From positions 288,001 to 352,000 of the forward strand of contig OY781964.1 of assembly GCA_963677485.1 (NCBI GenBank): a DNA stretch of 64,000 nucleotides. Direction: 5' to 3'. This DNA comes from Armatimonadota bacterium (lineage in GTDB: Bacteria > Armatimonadota > HRBIN16). A program made the translations under genes and the position numbers. This document shows positions 10,127 through 19,451 of this stretch, in pieces (the stretch's first letter is position 1; every line of letters starts with the position of its first letter). Under the pieces are notes generated by a model. The model worked only from the letters and a program-made list of their open reading frames with translations, had not been told where the DNA came from and did no database searches.

Positions 10127-10761
10127 TCGCCTGACGGTATAGTGCGTATAGTAGCTACGATCTTGTAATGCGCATTATCCTGGAAGAGTTCTCCAACACT
10201 GACACATACCATAACTGGTGTTTCTGGGACACGCCACTCAGTGTTATTTTGTTTCAGCTTCTCGATGACATGACAATCGGTAAACGGCAGGTTATAGTGA
10301 TTTCTGTTTACATTAAACAAGCACCGCCACTTTTTGTTCTCTTTATCGCGAATTACGTTTATCTCACGAATGCGAAAGGCACACAAACTATGCTTGAGGG
10401 GCCATGCATCGACATCCTCAGCAGGTACTGAGCCTCCCATGCCCCACAGCATTAAAGTGGTCGGATTGGAGAGCCCAAGGCACCAGGTTGATATTTCCTG
10501 GGCAGACAGATGCCTGACTTTTCTAGGGGGATATTCAAGGCAAATGTCTTCAGGGTGATGAGGTCTGGGGCATGGGCTCCCGGTGGAGTATTCGATGAGA
10601 TCAAAAACCTGAAGCTCTTTAACCTGATCTATTGGCCACTCACCATTTTCACGTGTGCTAATCGGTCTTTCCCACAAACCGGTTTCGCAATTAATACCCG
10701 CCAGGCAACGCCCCCCGTATTTTGTCGAGTTGGCAAGCAACAATAGTTGAATCACTGTCAT
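10123..10761 (-). CDS. Dual-OB-domain protein of the type found with DUF488 pairs
   Basis: N-terminal LLANSTKYGGRCLAGI...WERP, HHPED, YNLPFTD and C-terminal CVSVGE...HYKIVA, recognised by eye; directly downstream of two DUF488 genes. Confidence 0.7.
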   Translation of the reverse strand: MTVIQLLLLANSTKYGGRCLAGINCETGLWERPISTRENGEWPIDQVKELQVFDLIEYSTGSPCPRPHHPEDICLEYPPRKVRHLSAQEISTWCLGLSNPTTLMLWGMGGSVPAEDVDAWPLKHSLCAFRIREINVIRDKENKKWRCLFNVNRNHYNLPFTDCHVIEKLKQNNTEWRVPETPVMVCVSVGELFQDNAHYKIVATIRTIPSGD

Positions 10762-10768
10762 TACCTCT

Positions 10769-11209
10769 TTATATGTGGACGATCCTCACGTCTTTATATC
10801 GAGATGCGAAAAACTCGGCTACCAACCTGCGATGGCAATGCCCGGGTGTGGGCTCGCTGCAGAGCAATACCGTAGGTGTGGTAAAGTAATCTTCTGAATA
10901 CCGTGCAGTGACACTATCGTGCCGACTGGCAAGCAGAGCTTGAAACTCCGTCTCGTAACTATCCCACAGATGGTCCTGCCGATACTGGCTAAGCATGTCT
11001 TTCGTCGGTGCCAGCTCGATATCGTGCTCATAGTTGCAGGAACACAGCTCCCCTAGGAAATACGCAAGGTCTGGATACTTGCTAAAACCAGCAAGCTGAG
11101 ATTTGTTATTGAGACGAATGTCAAGAAGACGGCAGATGCCCGCTTGGTTGATTACGGTAAAGAACTCTCGAGCGGATCTTGATGCAAAACCGATCGTATA
11201 GATTTCCAT
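10769..11209 (-). CDS. DUF488 family protein
   Basis: IYTIGF, LLDIRLNNKSQLAGF, ELAPT and LLCSEPTPGHCHRRLVA motifs. Confidence 0.9.
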   Translation of the reverse strand: MEIYTIGFASRSAREFFTVINQAGICRLLDIRLNNKSQLAGFSKYPDLAYFLGELCSCNYEHDIELAPTKDMLSQYRQDHLWDSYETEFQALLASRHDSVTARYSEDYFTTPTVLLCSEPTPGHCHRRLVAEFFASRYKDVRIVHI

Positions 11210-11712
11210 TCGTCATCAGCCTCCCACAACGAAAGCTGGCGTGTCACCAGCTCTGAATGGTGTTTCACACTTCCATCACCCAGTATATGCTTCACCATCA
11301 CACCTTGTTGTTGTAAAACCCTTGAAATCAACAAACCACGATGGCACACCACGGGGTTTTCCTCACTGCACATCACAACTAACGGCACATTCTGTGTCGC
11401 CAGTTCACGCAGCTGCGCTAACCCATTCAAAAAGGCCCTATCCTGCGCCATTAAACTGTATAGAACATAACCGTTCTTGTCATAAAACCGCCGATTTTCT
11501 GGACGACCGCCAAGCTGCTTGCCAGCATAATAATGGCGTATACCTGTCCTCTTTAACTCAAGCTGTAACTCTGCATGGTTAAACCACGTGGCATAACGAC
11601 TGTACGGTGCGCTGCGGACATCGACTAGTGCACAAATCCCTAACGCCTTCAATAATACCTTGAAGTGCTCTAAAGAGTGATTACTATGTCCGATGGTGTA
11701 GATAGTTTCTAT
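11152..11712 (-). CDS. DUF488 family protein (apparent non-canonical ATA start)
   Basis: LVDVRSAPYS, LGGRP and VMCSEENPVVCHR motifs. The frame extends upstream of the tracked TTG to give (I)ETIYTIGHSNHSLEHF, the family N-terminus, with no ATG/GTG/TTG before the in-frame TAG at 11749-11751. Confidence 0.85.
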   Translation of the reverse strand: METIYTIGHSNHSLEHFKVLLKALGICALVDVRSAPYSRYATWFNHAELQLELKRTGIRHYYAGKQLGGRPENRRFYDKNGYVLYSLMAQDRAFLNGLAQLRELATQNVPLVVMCSEENPVVCHRGLLISRVLQQQGVMVKHILGDGSVKHHSELVTRQLSLWEADDEWKSIRSVLHQDPLESSLP

Positions 11713-11802
11713 GATCTGAACCTTCGTCCTGGCAAGAATATTGTCTACCTATATGGTACCTCGCAAGCTCGATGCCATGCAATATCTGCGATGGTAAAAA
11801 CT

Positions 11803-12621
11803 CTACCGCTTCGCGTGGCTGATCACAAACTCAAAAGCCGCCACGGTATCCTCGTAGTTGGTGGAGTGGCCGGTCTGCTCGCGGTGGATAAGCAGCACAT
11901 CGCGTCCGATTGTCTTCAACACCCCGGCTAAGCGTATGGCACTTGCAGGTGGCACCGCATCATCCAGACCACCTGTGGTGATAGCCACGGGGAAAGTCAG
12001 CCGCTCCGGCCAGTATTCGGCGCTGCGCTTCTTATACTCGGCAGGAATCTGCTGCTTGGTACCGCCGAACGACTCCGCAATTGCGTCATGGAAATTCGTA
12101 TACTCCAGATGGTTGGCCATTGGGTTTTGACTGCATACCCCGCTGATCAGCTCCGGGTGAAGCACCGCAAAGCTCAGTGCCGAGGTGGCACCCATAGAGC
12201 CGCCGATCAGGAACACCCTGTCCACACGATGCTTCTTGCGCAGGTCTTTGATCATCTGCACCATATCGGCCTCCGCTTTCGGACCCATCCAGGAGGTCAT
12301 TGCGCGGTAATCCGGCGATATGTAGATCATGTTATATTTCGCGGCCATATCGCGTGCGGCACGGCACTCATCGCGCTCTTGAGTCACATACTGCCAGCGG
12401 TCGGAACCATGCCCGTGCAGGGCGATCAGCAGATCATGTTTCTCGCCAGCTTTGAAATCGGCGGGTAACATCTGCACATAACGCTGCTCCGAGCCGTCCA
12501 GCTTCGCCTTGAACACCACATCCAGCGGCTTTTGCAGACCGGCGGGCTGAGCCTGCACCACCGCCACCATCAACACGACCGCACACACGAATACCCACTT
12601 GAAAGCCATTTCGAAAAACAT
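11803..12621 (-). CDS. Secreted alpha/beta-hydrolase (esterase/peptidase S9-like)
   Basis: Signal peptide, ALHGHGS, nucleophile elbow GGSMG, GGLDDAVP Asp and TGH His. Confidence 0.85.
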   Translation of the reverse strand: MFFEMAFKWVFVCAVVLMVAVVQAQPAGLQKPLDVVFKAKLDGSEQRYVQMLPADFKAGEKHDLLIALHGHGSDRWQYVTQERDECRAARDMAAKYNMIYISPDYRAMTSWMGPKAEADMVQMIKDLRKKHRVDRVFLIGGSMGATSALSFAVLHPELISGVCSQNPMANHLEYTNFHDAIAESFGGTKQQIPAEYKKRSAEYWPERLTFPVAITTGGLDDAVPPASAIRLAGVLKTIGRDVLLIHREQTGHSTNYEDTVAAFEFVISHAKR

Positions 12622-12794
12622 TCCATTAACCTCTCATTGATTGACATTGACAGCATTATCATACCACCTACTGTCTGCTCGCCAACAACCAGCGATACAA
12701 GCCTTCATTTCGCCCATCGCAGGACGCAAGATGACGACATACAGAGCTACGACCACTAAAACTGGTATAGATATAAGCCATATGACACAGTTCT

Positions 12795-13346
12795 TCAACT
12801 CTTAACCTCAATTTTTCGGCGATCACGGTTGAACACAAGCAACGGGACTGTCAGGAACACCCACCAAAACATAGTCGCAATAAACGGCATCCAGTAGAAA
12901 GTGAATTCTCGGATATTATGAACGCCATTCTCGTCTATGCGGTAGGCCCAGCGTTTCACTATCAATTCGTCAACTGACAGCCACATGATGTATGTCGTAG
13001 TGCCCTGAGCCTTGACTACCTCTAGATGGGCTTTGCTTGGGTAATATCGGGAGTTATATTGAGTCTCTCCCTGTAAAATGTGGTCGAAAGACTGGTATTT
13101 ACCGGTTTGTGGTTCGTAGTGTGCCAATTCGTGGGCCTTCATGTAGCCTAAAGCACCGTAGATAAATCCATCATCGTAAGTCCGAACGTGGTTATCTCGA
13201 TTGATGAAGACAGAACCTGGTCGTGGAGAGGTTAATGCGACTATGTACGCGTCATCGACGGCACGGGTAAGGTTCACCTGCAATGAGCAATACATCACTC
13301 CAAGGAACCCTAAGCCGATGAGCACGATGTTGATTCTCTTTCGCAT
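12795..13346 (-). CDS. Hypothetical membrane protein (N- and C-terminal TM helices)
   Basis: 183-aa ORF with two hydrophobic ends and RBS-like GACGGA; no recognised family. Confidence 0.6.
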   Translation of the reverse strand: MRKRINIVLIGLGFLGVMYCSLQVNLTRAVDDAYIVALTSPRPGSVFINRDNHVRTYDDGFIYGALGYMKAHELAHYEPQTGKYQSFDHILQGETQYNSRYYPSKAHLEVVKAQGTTTYIMWLSVDELIVKRWAYRIDENGVHNIREFTFYWMPFIATMFWWVFLTVPLLVFNRDRRKIEVKS

Positions 13347-13443
13347 TCCGTCTGTATGCCCTATCTTCTCCGCGTCTGTTCTTCATTGAGAGTTCACGCT
13401 TGATACCAGCATACAGCAACGTTTCTTTGATGTCAACGGACAC

Positions 13444-13830
13444 GTACGATGGGCACCGCACGCGCTGTGCCCATCGTACGTGTCATCCGATTCATCCGCG
13501 TAATCCGTGGTTCAGACAAGCACGTTTCACCGCGTGAGATCGTGGCACCCTCAAGAAGGGCGGTTCGCGAACCTCCCCTACACGGTTTCCGCGGAGGTGT
13601 TTCGTTCCCATCCGCGTTCATCTGTGTCCATTCGCGGTTAGTATCCGGCCAGGACGCCGCATGCCGTTCCCTTCGCGTTCTTCGCGGCTTCGCGTGAGAC
13701 GAACCCCCAGTGCGCGCTAATCCCCCCACCTCGCACCATCCGTGTCCATCCGCGGTTAGTATCCGGCTAGGGCACCGCCTGCCGTTCCCCTTCGCGTTCT
13801 TCGCGGCGTCACCTGTGGTGTCGCGTGAGA
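13444..13830. repeat. Dense intergenic mosaic of REP-like hairpins and 8/9/10-nt micro-repeats
   Basis: Hairpin GTACGATGGGCAC...GTGCCCATCGTAC, ATCCGCGTAATCCGTGGTTCAGAC, GGGCGGTTCGCGAACCTCCCCTAC, ATCCGCGTTCATCTGTGTCCATTCGCGGTT and TTCGCGTTCTTCGCGGC (twice), with a short internal duplication at about 13630-13700 and 13745-13830. Confidence 0.85.
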
Positions 13831-13835
13831 TGAAT

Positions 13836-13862
13836 CAAAAAGGCGCCCCGAAGGACGCCTTG
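13836..13862 (-). terminator. Probable intrinsic terminator of the URO-D-family gene
   Basis: Minus strand AAGGCGTCCTTCGGGGCGCCTTTTTG, just after the stop at 13878. Confidence 0.7.
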
Positions 13863-13877
13863 ATGCCCGAAACCGCT

Positions 13878-14966
13878 CTAGGTGTGACTCTGGTTGACCA
13901 CTTCCCACATCCGGTCCATATAATACCGGTAGTTCTCGAAGGAGGTGTCCGGCGGCAGGCTGTGGTCAGGTGCGCATATATAGCCACCCTCTTCCATCAG
14001 CGGACGCACGCGGGCAATCTCTTTCTCGATCGCCGCAGGACCCCATGCGACGGCGCGTTTGTCGAAGCCGCCCCACATCAGCAGGTCTTTACCAAACTCC
14101 TTGCGGAACTTCAGCACATCCATACCGCACTGCACTTCAAACGGGTATACGATGTCGATACCGGCGTCCATCCACACCGGGATCAGGCTGCTCATATCGC
14201 CGTCGCTATCCAGAGAGACGTACTTCACGCCGTGCGACTTCACGAACTCCACCACGCGTTTGTAGTGCGGCAAGGCCATCTTGCGTAGCATGGTTGGGCT
14301 CATCAGCGGACCGGTCTTGTAAGCCATGTCCTCCCAGAAGCCGTATACATCCACATCGGTATATTGAAGTATCTGTCCCATCATCGCGATAATGAAGTCC
14401 GCCAGCTTCTCCATCACCTCTTCCACAAAGTCAGGATCATCGTAGAACATCATGCAGAGGTTCTCAACGCCCATCATGGCACGAGGTCCGCCGAACATCC
14501 CGCCCCAGCGGTCGCTAATGATGATCAGCGGGAAATCGCGGTCCTTGTAGGCAGCCAGTGTCTTCGCATAATCGGCTCCAAGCCGAGCGGCGATGTCGGG
14601 CTGCATGCGCTCTTTCATGAACTTGCGGAAGGTTTCTGGAGTCTGTGCAGGGAACGAGATGAACTGCGGCATTGAGCTAAACGACTCGTCCTTGCGCTCC
14701 CGCATCGTAATGCCTTCATGGTTGACGTAGGTCACCGTATGGTCGTCTTCGGTGATCACCTGACGTTCAAAGGCGGGGTTCGGAAAGAACCAATGGCCTA
14801 TCCAATCCCATCGGTCTGTTTTGTAATAAGGCTCCTTGGCCGCCTCCCAGCCCTCAGTCGCCCAGCGTTTGTAGGTTTCAGGCCAGCCGCCAGTCATCAC
14901 TCCGTACACAGCACGGTCAACTGGCTTGTAGGCCATGGTGTTCAGGAACCGTTCTCTATCATTCAT
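13878..14966 (-). CDS. Uroporphyrinogen decarboxylase / MtaA-CmuA family protein
   Basis: MNDRERFLNTM, RAMMGVENLCMMFYDDPDFV, FWEDMAYKTGPLMSP, DSDGD, WGGFDK and GGYICAPDHSLPPD motifs. Confidence 0.9.
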   Translation of the reverse strand: MNDRERFLNTMAYKPVDRAVYGVMTGGWPETYKRWATEGWEAAKEPYYKTDRWDWIGHWFFPNPAFERQVITEDDHTVTYVNHEGITMRERKDESFSSMPQFISFPAQTPETFRKFMKERMQPDIAARLGADYAKTLAAYKDRDFPLIIISDRWGGMFGGPRAMMGVENLCMMFYDDPDFVEEVMEKLADFIIAMMGQILQYTDVDVYGFWEDMAYKTGPLMSPTMLRKMALPHYKRVVEFVKSHGVKYVSLDSDGDMSSLIPVWMDAGIDIVYPFEVQCGMDVLKFRKEFGKDLLMWGGFDKRAVAWGPAAIEKEIARVRPLMEEGGYICAPDHSLPPDTSFENYRYYMDRMWEVVNQSHT

Positions 14967-15057
14967 TGCGGCATGCCTCGCTTGCAGATATGAATTCTTT
15001 CATAGGATAGCATACCAGATTTCACGGCCAATTCAGTGCATCATAGACAGTGTGCTT

Positions 15058-15603
15058 TCAGTGGCCGGATTTAGTACAGTGACTGAACATCGCGGGTATG
15101 CTTATGGATATATACGGGCATATTTGACATATTTGTTCAGCAACAGAGGGTCGTTCGCAGCACTCTACCAAACTCTCCCCATCAGGCCAAGCCAACTCGG
15201 CGCAGATGTCGATCAGTGGACGCATCACAAAGGCTCGTTCGTGCGCACGCGGATGAGGCACAATCAACCGCGGCGGATCATTAATGACCGCATCTCCGAA
15301 TAGAATAAGGTCCAGATCGATTGTCCGTGGATTGCCATAATAGACACGTTCCCTGCCACCAAACTGCTCAGTAAGCAAAAGGTGCTCAAGAAGTTGGTCA
15401 GCACTCATATCTGTACAAACCTGTATGGCTGCATTCAGGTAGTAAGGTTGCTCACCCTCTACCCCTACCGCTTCAGATTGATACACAGGTGATACAGCAG
15501 TCACACGGCAACACTCGCAGTGGAGACGGTCGATGGCAGTTTGCAGATGATGATCTCTGGGAGCGATGTTTGATCCGAGGCTTATGTAGGCGATGGTATT
15601 CAT
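15058..15603 (-). CDS. folK: 2-amino-4-hydroxy-6-hydroxymethyldihydropteridine diphosphokinase
   Basis: AYISLGSNI, YLNAA, PRTIDLDLI and LIVPHPRAHERAFV motifs. Confidence 0.95.
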   Translation of the reverse strand: MNTIAYISLGSNIAPRDHHLQTAIDRLHCECCRVTAVSPVYQSEAVGVEGEQPYYLNAAIQVCTDMSADQLLEHLLLTEQFGGRERVYYGNPRTIDLDLILFGDAVINDPPRLIVPHPRAHERAFVMRPLIDICAELAWPDGESLVECCERPSVAEQICQICPYISISIPAMFSHCTKSGH

Positions 15604-15736
15604 AAGTGTATTTTACCGCAGTGCCCATCGGCTGCGAGCTTTTCGGGCCATTCGGACTGTCTCCCCATCCGTGTCATCCTGCTAATCCGTGTAATCCGTG
15701 GTTCAGGCAATGACACTGCGGAGCTGGACATCCAAT

Positions 15737-16687
15737 CGCAAGCTACCAACCACGCTGCCGCGGGTTTAGTCACCCCACGGGACTGGCGTCCCTAAACGGG
15801 GGTTCACTCACCGCGCGTCTAGCTTTTTGCAGCCCGCAAGCGGGCGCAGTGTGCCCTCCCCCAGCGTCCGCTGGAGCGAAGCGACGCGGGCAGCCACATG
15901 ATCAGCGACGGGTGATGGAGCCCCCTGGGGGCGATGGAACCCGTCGACACGGTGCCGATAGCCCACATCGCAAGCTACCAGCCTCGCTGCCGCGGGTTTA
16001 ATTGCCCCACGGGACTGGCGTCCCTTATCGGGGTTCCCTCACCGCGCGTCTAGCTTTTTGCAGCCCGCAAGCGGGCGCAGTGTGCCCTCCCCCAGCGCCC
16101 GCTGGAGCGAAGCGACGCGGGCAGCCACATGATCAGCGACGGGTGATGGAGCCCCCTGGGGGCGATGGAACCCGTCGACACGGGGCTGGTCATCCCACAT
16201 CGCAAGCTACCAGCCACGCTGCCGCGGGTTTAGTCACCCCACGGGACTGGCGTCCCTTAACGGGGTTCCCTCACCGCGCGTCTAGCTATTTGCAGCCCGC
16301 AAGCGGGCGCAGGGTGCCCTCCGCAAGCGCCCGCTGGAGCGAAGCGACGCGGGCAGCCATATGATCAGCGACGGGTGATGGAGCCTCCTGGGGCGATGGA
16401 ACCCGTCGACGCGGAGCCAGTCATCCCACACCGCAAGCTACCAGCCACGCTGCCACGATTTTGTCACCCCACGGGACTAGCGTCCCTTAACGGAGTTCCC
16501 TCACCGCGCGTCTAGCTTTTTGCAGCCCGCAAGCGGGCGCAGGGTGCCCTCCCCCTGCGCCCGCTGGAGCGAAGCGACGCGGGCAGCCATATGATCAGCG
16601 ACGGGTGATGGAGCCCCCTGGGGCGATGGAACCCGTCGACACGGGCTGGTCATCCCACATCACAATCTACCAGCTCACGTTGCCGCG
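15737..16687. repeat. Tandem array of four ~232-bp structured units plus the start of a fifth
   Basis: Units begin CGCAAGCTACCA at 15737, 15969, 16201 and 16432, with a degenerate start at 16661. Each has hairpins GGGAC-TGGC-GTCCC, GCCCGC-AA-GCGGGC and CGACGGGT...ACCCGTCG. Confidence 0.95.
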
Positions 16688-16793
16688 TATCCAATCCCCC
16701 ACATGCAACAAGACACAGCAGAAATCGGGTACATATAAAGTAGTGGTGGGATAATATCAGCCATGGAGCTTCCTCGTATAAGGAGGGGCTAAA

Positions 16794-17087
16794 ATGAAAC
16801 ACATCAGGATTCTGTTACCGCTGGTTCTGTGCCTCTGTGCGGTGCTGTTTGCATCGGCGCAGACCTCAGAGCTATGCAGCATCTGTCACAAAGCACAAGC
16901 AGTCAGGGTGATGCATGTATGCAGGTTTTGCGCCAAAGGATCTCTCTGCGTGCTATGCGGAAAGTGGCAGGCTAAAAAGGACGGTGTGGTGTGCGCAGAT
17001 CACGCTAAAGGTGATATGTGCGACCTATGTGGTAAATGGAAAGCCACCAGCACAGGACGAGTGTGCAACTGGTGCGCAAAGCAATAG
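16794..17087 (+). CDS. Small secreted Cys-rich protein with three 24-aa double-CxxC repeats
   Basis: Strong RBS AAGGAGG, signal peptide, motifs CSIC/CRFC, CVLC/CADH and CDLC/CNWC, followed by a terminator-like hairpin. Confidence 0.8.
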   Translation: MKHIRILLPLVLCLCAVLFASAQTSELCSICHKAQAVRVMHVCRFCAKGSLCVLCGKWQAKKDGVVCADHAKGDMCDLCGKWKATSTGRVCNWCAKQ

Positions 17088-17097
17088 AAAATGATAT

Positions 17098-17127
17098 GAG
17101 CGACGCAGGAAACTGCGTCGCTCTTCT
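17098..17127 (+). terminator. Hairpin/terminator after the Cys-rich gene
   Basis: GAGCGACGCAG-GAAA-CTGCGTCGCTC-TTCT. Confidence 0.65.
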
Positions 17128-17194
17128 AGAAACATAGGATATAGGGTTCAGGAGTGAGCCCATCTAATGTAAACCTCGCTCAAAGGAGTGGAAT

Positions 17195-18511
17195 GTGAAG
17201 CGTTACGGCTTTTTTTTGCGATTCTGGTGTGTGATAGTAGCTCTGGGCTTACTGTCTCACGCTGCCATTTCGGCATCGCAGGGACCTGTCATCAGCATGA
17301 AGATGCAGGGTATCATCGCCTCGCCGAACCAGAACTTCATTAGCCGTGTGCTCGATGAGGCCAAAACCAGAAAGGCCTGTCTGGTTCTGGTGGAGCTGGA
17401 CACTCCCGGCGGCCTGATGGATAGTATGGAAGAGATCATCAAAGAGATGCTGAAGAGCTCTGTGCCCGTCTGCGTCTATGTATCGCCTAGCGGAGCGAAA
17501 GCAGGCAGTGCCGGCACCTTCATCACCATCGCCGCCCACGTCGCCGCGATGGCTCCTGGTACCAGCATCGGCGCCGCACACCCCGTATCCGGCGATGGGA
17601 ATGACATCAAGGGCGAGATGAACCGCAAGGTCACCAACTACGCCAGCAGCTACATCCGAACACTGGCGGCACTAAGGGGCCGTAATGCGGAGTGGGCCGA
17701 AAAGGCTGTGCGCCAGAGCGTGGCGATCGACAACGACACGGCACTCAAAAACAAGGTCATTGACGTCATCGCAATAGACACCGATGAGCTATTAGCCAAG
17801 ATCGACGGCCGAAAAGTCAAAGTGAACAACACGATGGTGACACTCCATACAAAGGGTGCCCCGATTGTGCCTATCGCAATGTTGCCGCGCGAAAACCTGT
17901 TCAATTTCCTGGCTAACCCCAATGTTCTGGCGATACTCGGCGTTTTGACCATGTATGGTCTGATCGCCGAACTGCAGAATCCCGGAGCGGTCTTCCCGGG
18001 CACTATCGGTGTGATCGCCCTGGTCCTGGTGCTTCTGGGTGGTTCGGTGCTGCCAGTATCGATCGCTGGTGTAGCCCTGCTGGTTGTGTCAGCCGCTCTA
18101 TTCATCATTGATGCGTTTGCACCAAGCCATGGGGTGCTAACTATAGGAGGCGTGGTGGCAATGTGTCTAGGTCTTCTTATGGTGTTCGACTCGCCCGATC
18201 CCGCCGTGCGGGTCTCGCTGCAAACCGCACTTTTGTTGTCCGTACTGACAGGCCTGTTCTTCCTGGTCGTCGTGGTGGCGGGTTTACGGGCACTTAAAGC
18301 TAAGCCCCAGTCGGGTAAGGAGATATTGATCGGGATGACCGCTGTGGCCTCAAGCACTATACAACCGACGGGTAAGATTTTCTTCGACGGATCATACTGG
18401 AACGCCCGCACAGAGGGTGAGCCGATATCTATGGGCGATACAGTTTCTATACTGCGGATTGAAGGACTAACCGCAGTGGTGACCAAGCAAATTAAGAGGA
18501 GTGAAGAGTAA
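17195..18511 (+). CDS. nfeD: NfeD membrane-bound serine protease (long form)
   Basis: ELDTPGG, VYVSPSGAKAGSAGTFI, AAMAPGTSIGAAHPV, TM domain and C-terminal OB domain (PTGKIFFDGSYWNA). Confidence 0.92.
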   Translation: MKRYGFFLRFWCVIVALGLLSHAAISASQGPVISMKMQGIIASPNQNFISRVLDEAKTRKACLVLVELDTPGGLMDSMEEIIKEMLKSSVPVCVYVSPSGAKAGSAGTFITIAAHVAAMAPGTSIGAAHPVSGDGNDIKGEMNRKVTNYASSYIRTLAALRGRNAEWAEKAVRQSVAIDNDTALKNKVIDVIAIDTDELLAKIDGRKVKVNNTMVTLHTKGAPIVPIAMLPRENLFNFLANPNVLAILGVLTMYGLIAELQNPGAVFPGTIGVIALVLVLLGGSVLPVSIAGVALLVVSAALFIIDAFAPSHGVLTIGGVVAMCLGLLMVFDSPDPAVRVSLQTALLLSVLTGLFFLVVVVAGLRALKAKPQSGKEILIGMTAVASSTIQPTGKIFFDGSYWNARTEGEPISMGDTVSILRIEGLTAVVTKQIKRSEE

Positions 18512-19365
18512 TGGATTTTCTGTTTGTACCGGTCGCAATCATCGTATTGGTTGTGATCATTCTTAGCAACACGTTGAAGGTCGTTCCTGAATGGGAGCGT
18601 TTAGTGGTTCTGCGGCTGGGCCGCATCATCGGTATCAAGGGACCAGGTCTTGTGTTCCTATTCCCATTCATCGACATCCCGCGGCGGGTCGATACCCGAA
18701 TCATCACCTTCGATGTACCACGCCAGGAAGCGATGACTAAAGACAACGTGCCGACGACCATCGACGCGGTGGTGCTTTTCAAGGTCATCGACCCTAATGC
18801 GGCGATCACACGCATCAACAACTATCAGATCACCACATCCTTGATCGCCCAGACAACCCTGCGAAGCATTATCGGCCAGGTGGACCTGGACCAACTGCTC
18901 TCCGGTCGTGACGATATCAATAAACGGCTGCAGACCGTGATCGACACTCAGACCGAACCATATGGCGTGAAAGTGGTTGGCGTTGAGGTTCGTGATGTGG
19001 TGCTTCCCGACAGCATGAAGCGTGCGATGGCGCGACAGGCCGAGAGCGAGCGAGAACGCCGCGCGAAAGTCATTAACGCCCAGGGTGAATATGAGGCCTC
19101 CGAGCGGCTAGCCCAGGCAGCCGAGATGCTCTCACGGCAGCCCGCTTCCATGCAGTTGCGCTTCCTGCAGACCGTCTCTGAGATGTCCTCCGAAAAAGCG
19201 ACCACCATCGTGATCCCGCTGCCGGTTGACATCATGAGCATGTTCTTGAAGGGTGCTGTGAACAACACCCCAGTTCCTCCCGTCATCCCGGTACCACCAG
19301 TAGAGCCTTTACCGGATCCTAACCATCTGCCGCCAATCGAACCATTGCCTGATGTCGTAGCCTAG
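18511..19365 (+). CDS. Stomatin-like SPFH (slipin) protein
   Basis: VPEWERLVVLRLGR, TKDNV, AQTTLRSIIG and AMARQAESERERRAKVINAQGE; coupled to nfeD by a TAATG overlap; Pro-rich tail. Confidence 0.93.
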   Translation: MDFLFVPVAIIVLVVIILSNTLKVVPEWERLVVLRLGRIIGIKGPGLVFLFPFIDIPRRVDTRIITFDVPRQEAMTKDNVPTTIDAVVLFKVIDPNAAITRINNYQITTSLIAQTTLRSIIGQVDLDQLLSGRDDINKRLQTVIDTQTEPYGVKVVGVEVRDVVLPDSMKRAMARQAESERERRAKVINAQGEYEASERLAQAAEMLSRQPASMQLRFLQTVSEMSSEKATTIVIPLPVDIMSMFLKGAVNNTPVPPVIPVPPVEPLPDPNHLPPIEPLPDVVA

Positions 19366-19451
19366 ATTACTTAGGCTCGATTCATTAATCGGCTGGCCTG
19401 AGAGCAATAACGGTTCTCAGGCCTATTGTTATATCATTGGAGGGCTTAGCT

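Noticed and set aside
13433-14288. ORFs translated from repeat mosaics (also 39979..40249, 42285..42702, 48512..48736, 52291..52645)
   Set aside because: Their periodic peptides (e.g. IRVIRG, RRREGAK, IGPIRP) simply reflect the nucleotide micro-repeats; there is no RBS or family evidence.
15737-16687. Possible CRISPR array or repeat-encoded protein (ORF 16002..16364)
   Set aside because: Units are ~232 bp and similar along their whole length with no unique spacers; no cas genes; the period breaks the frame and the ORF lacks an RBS and protein-like composition.
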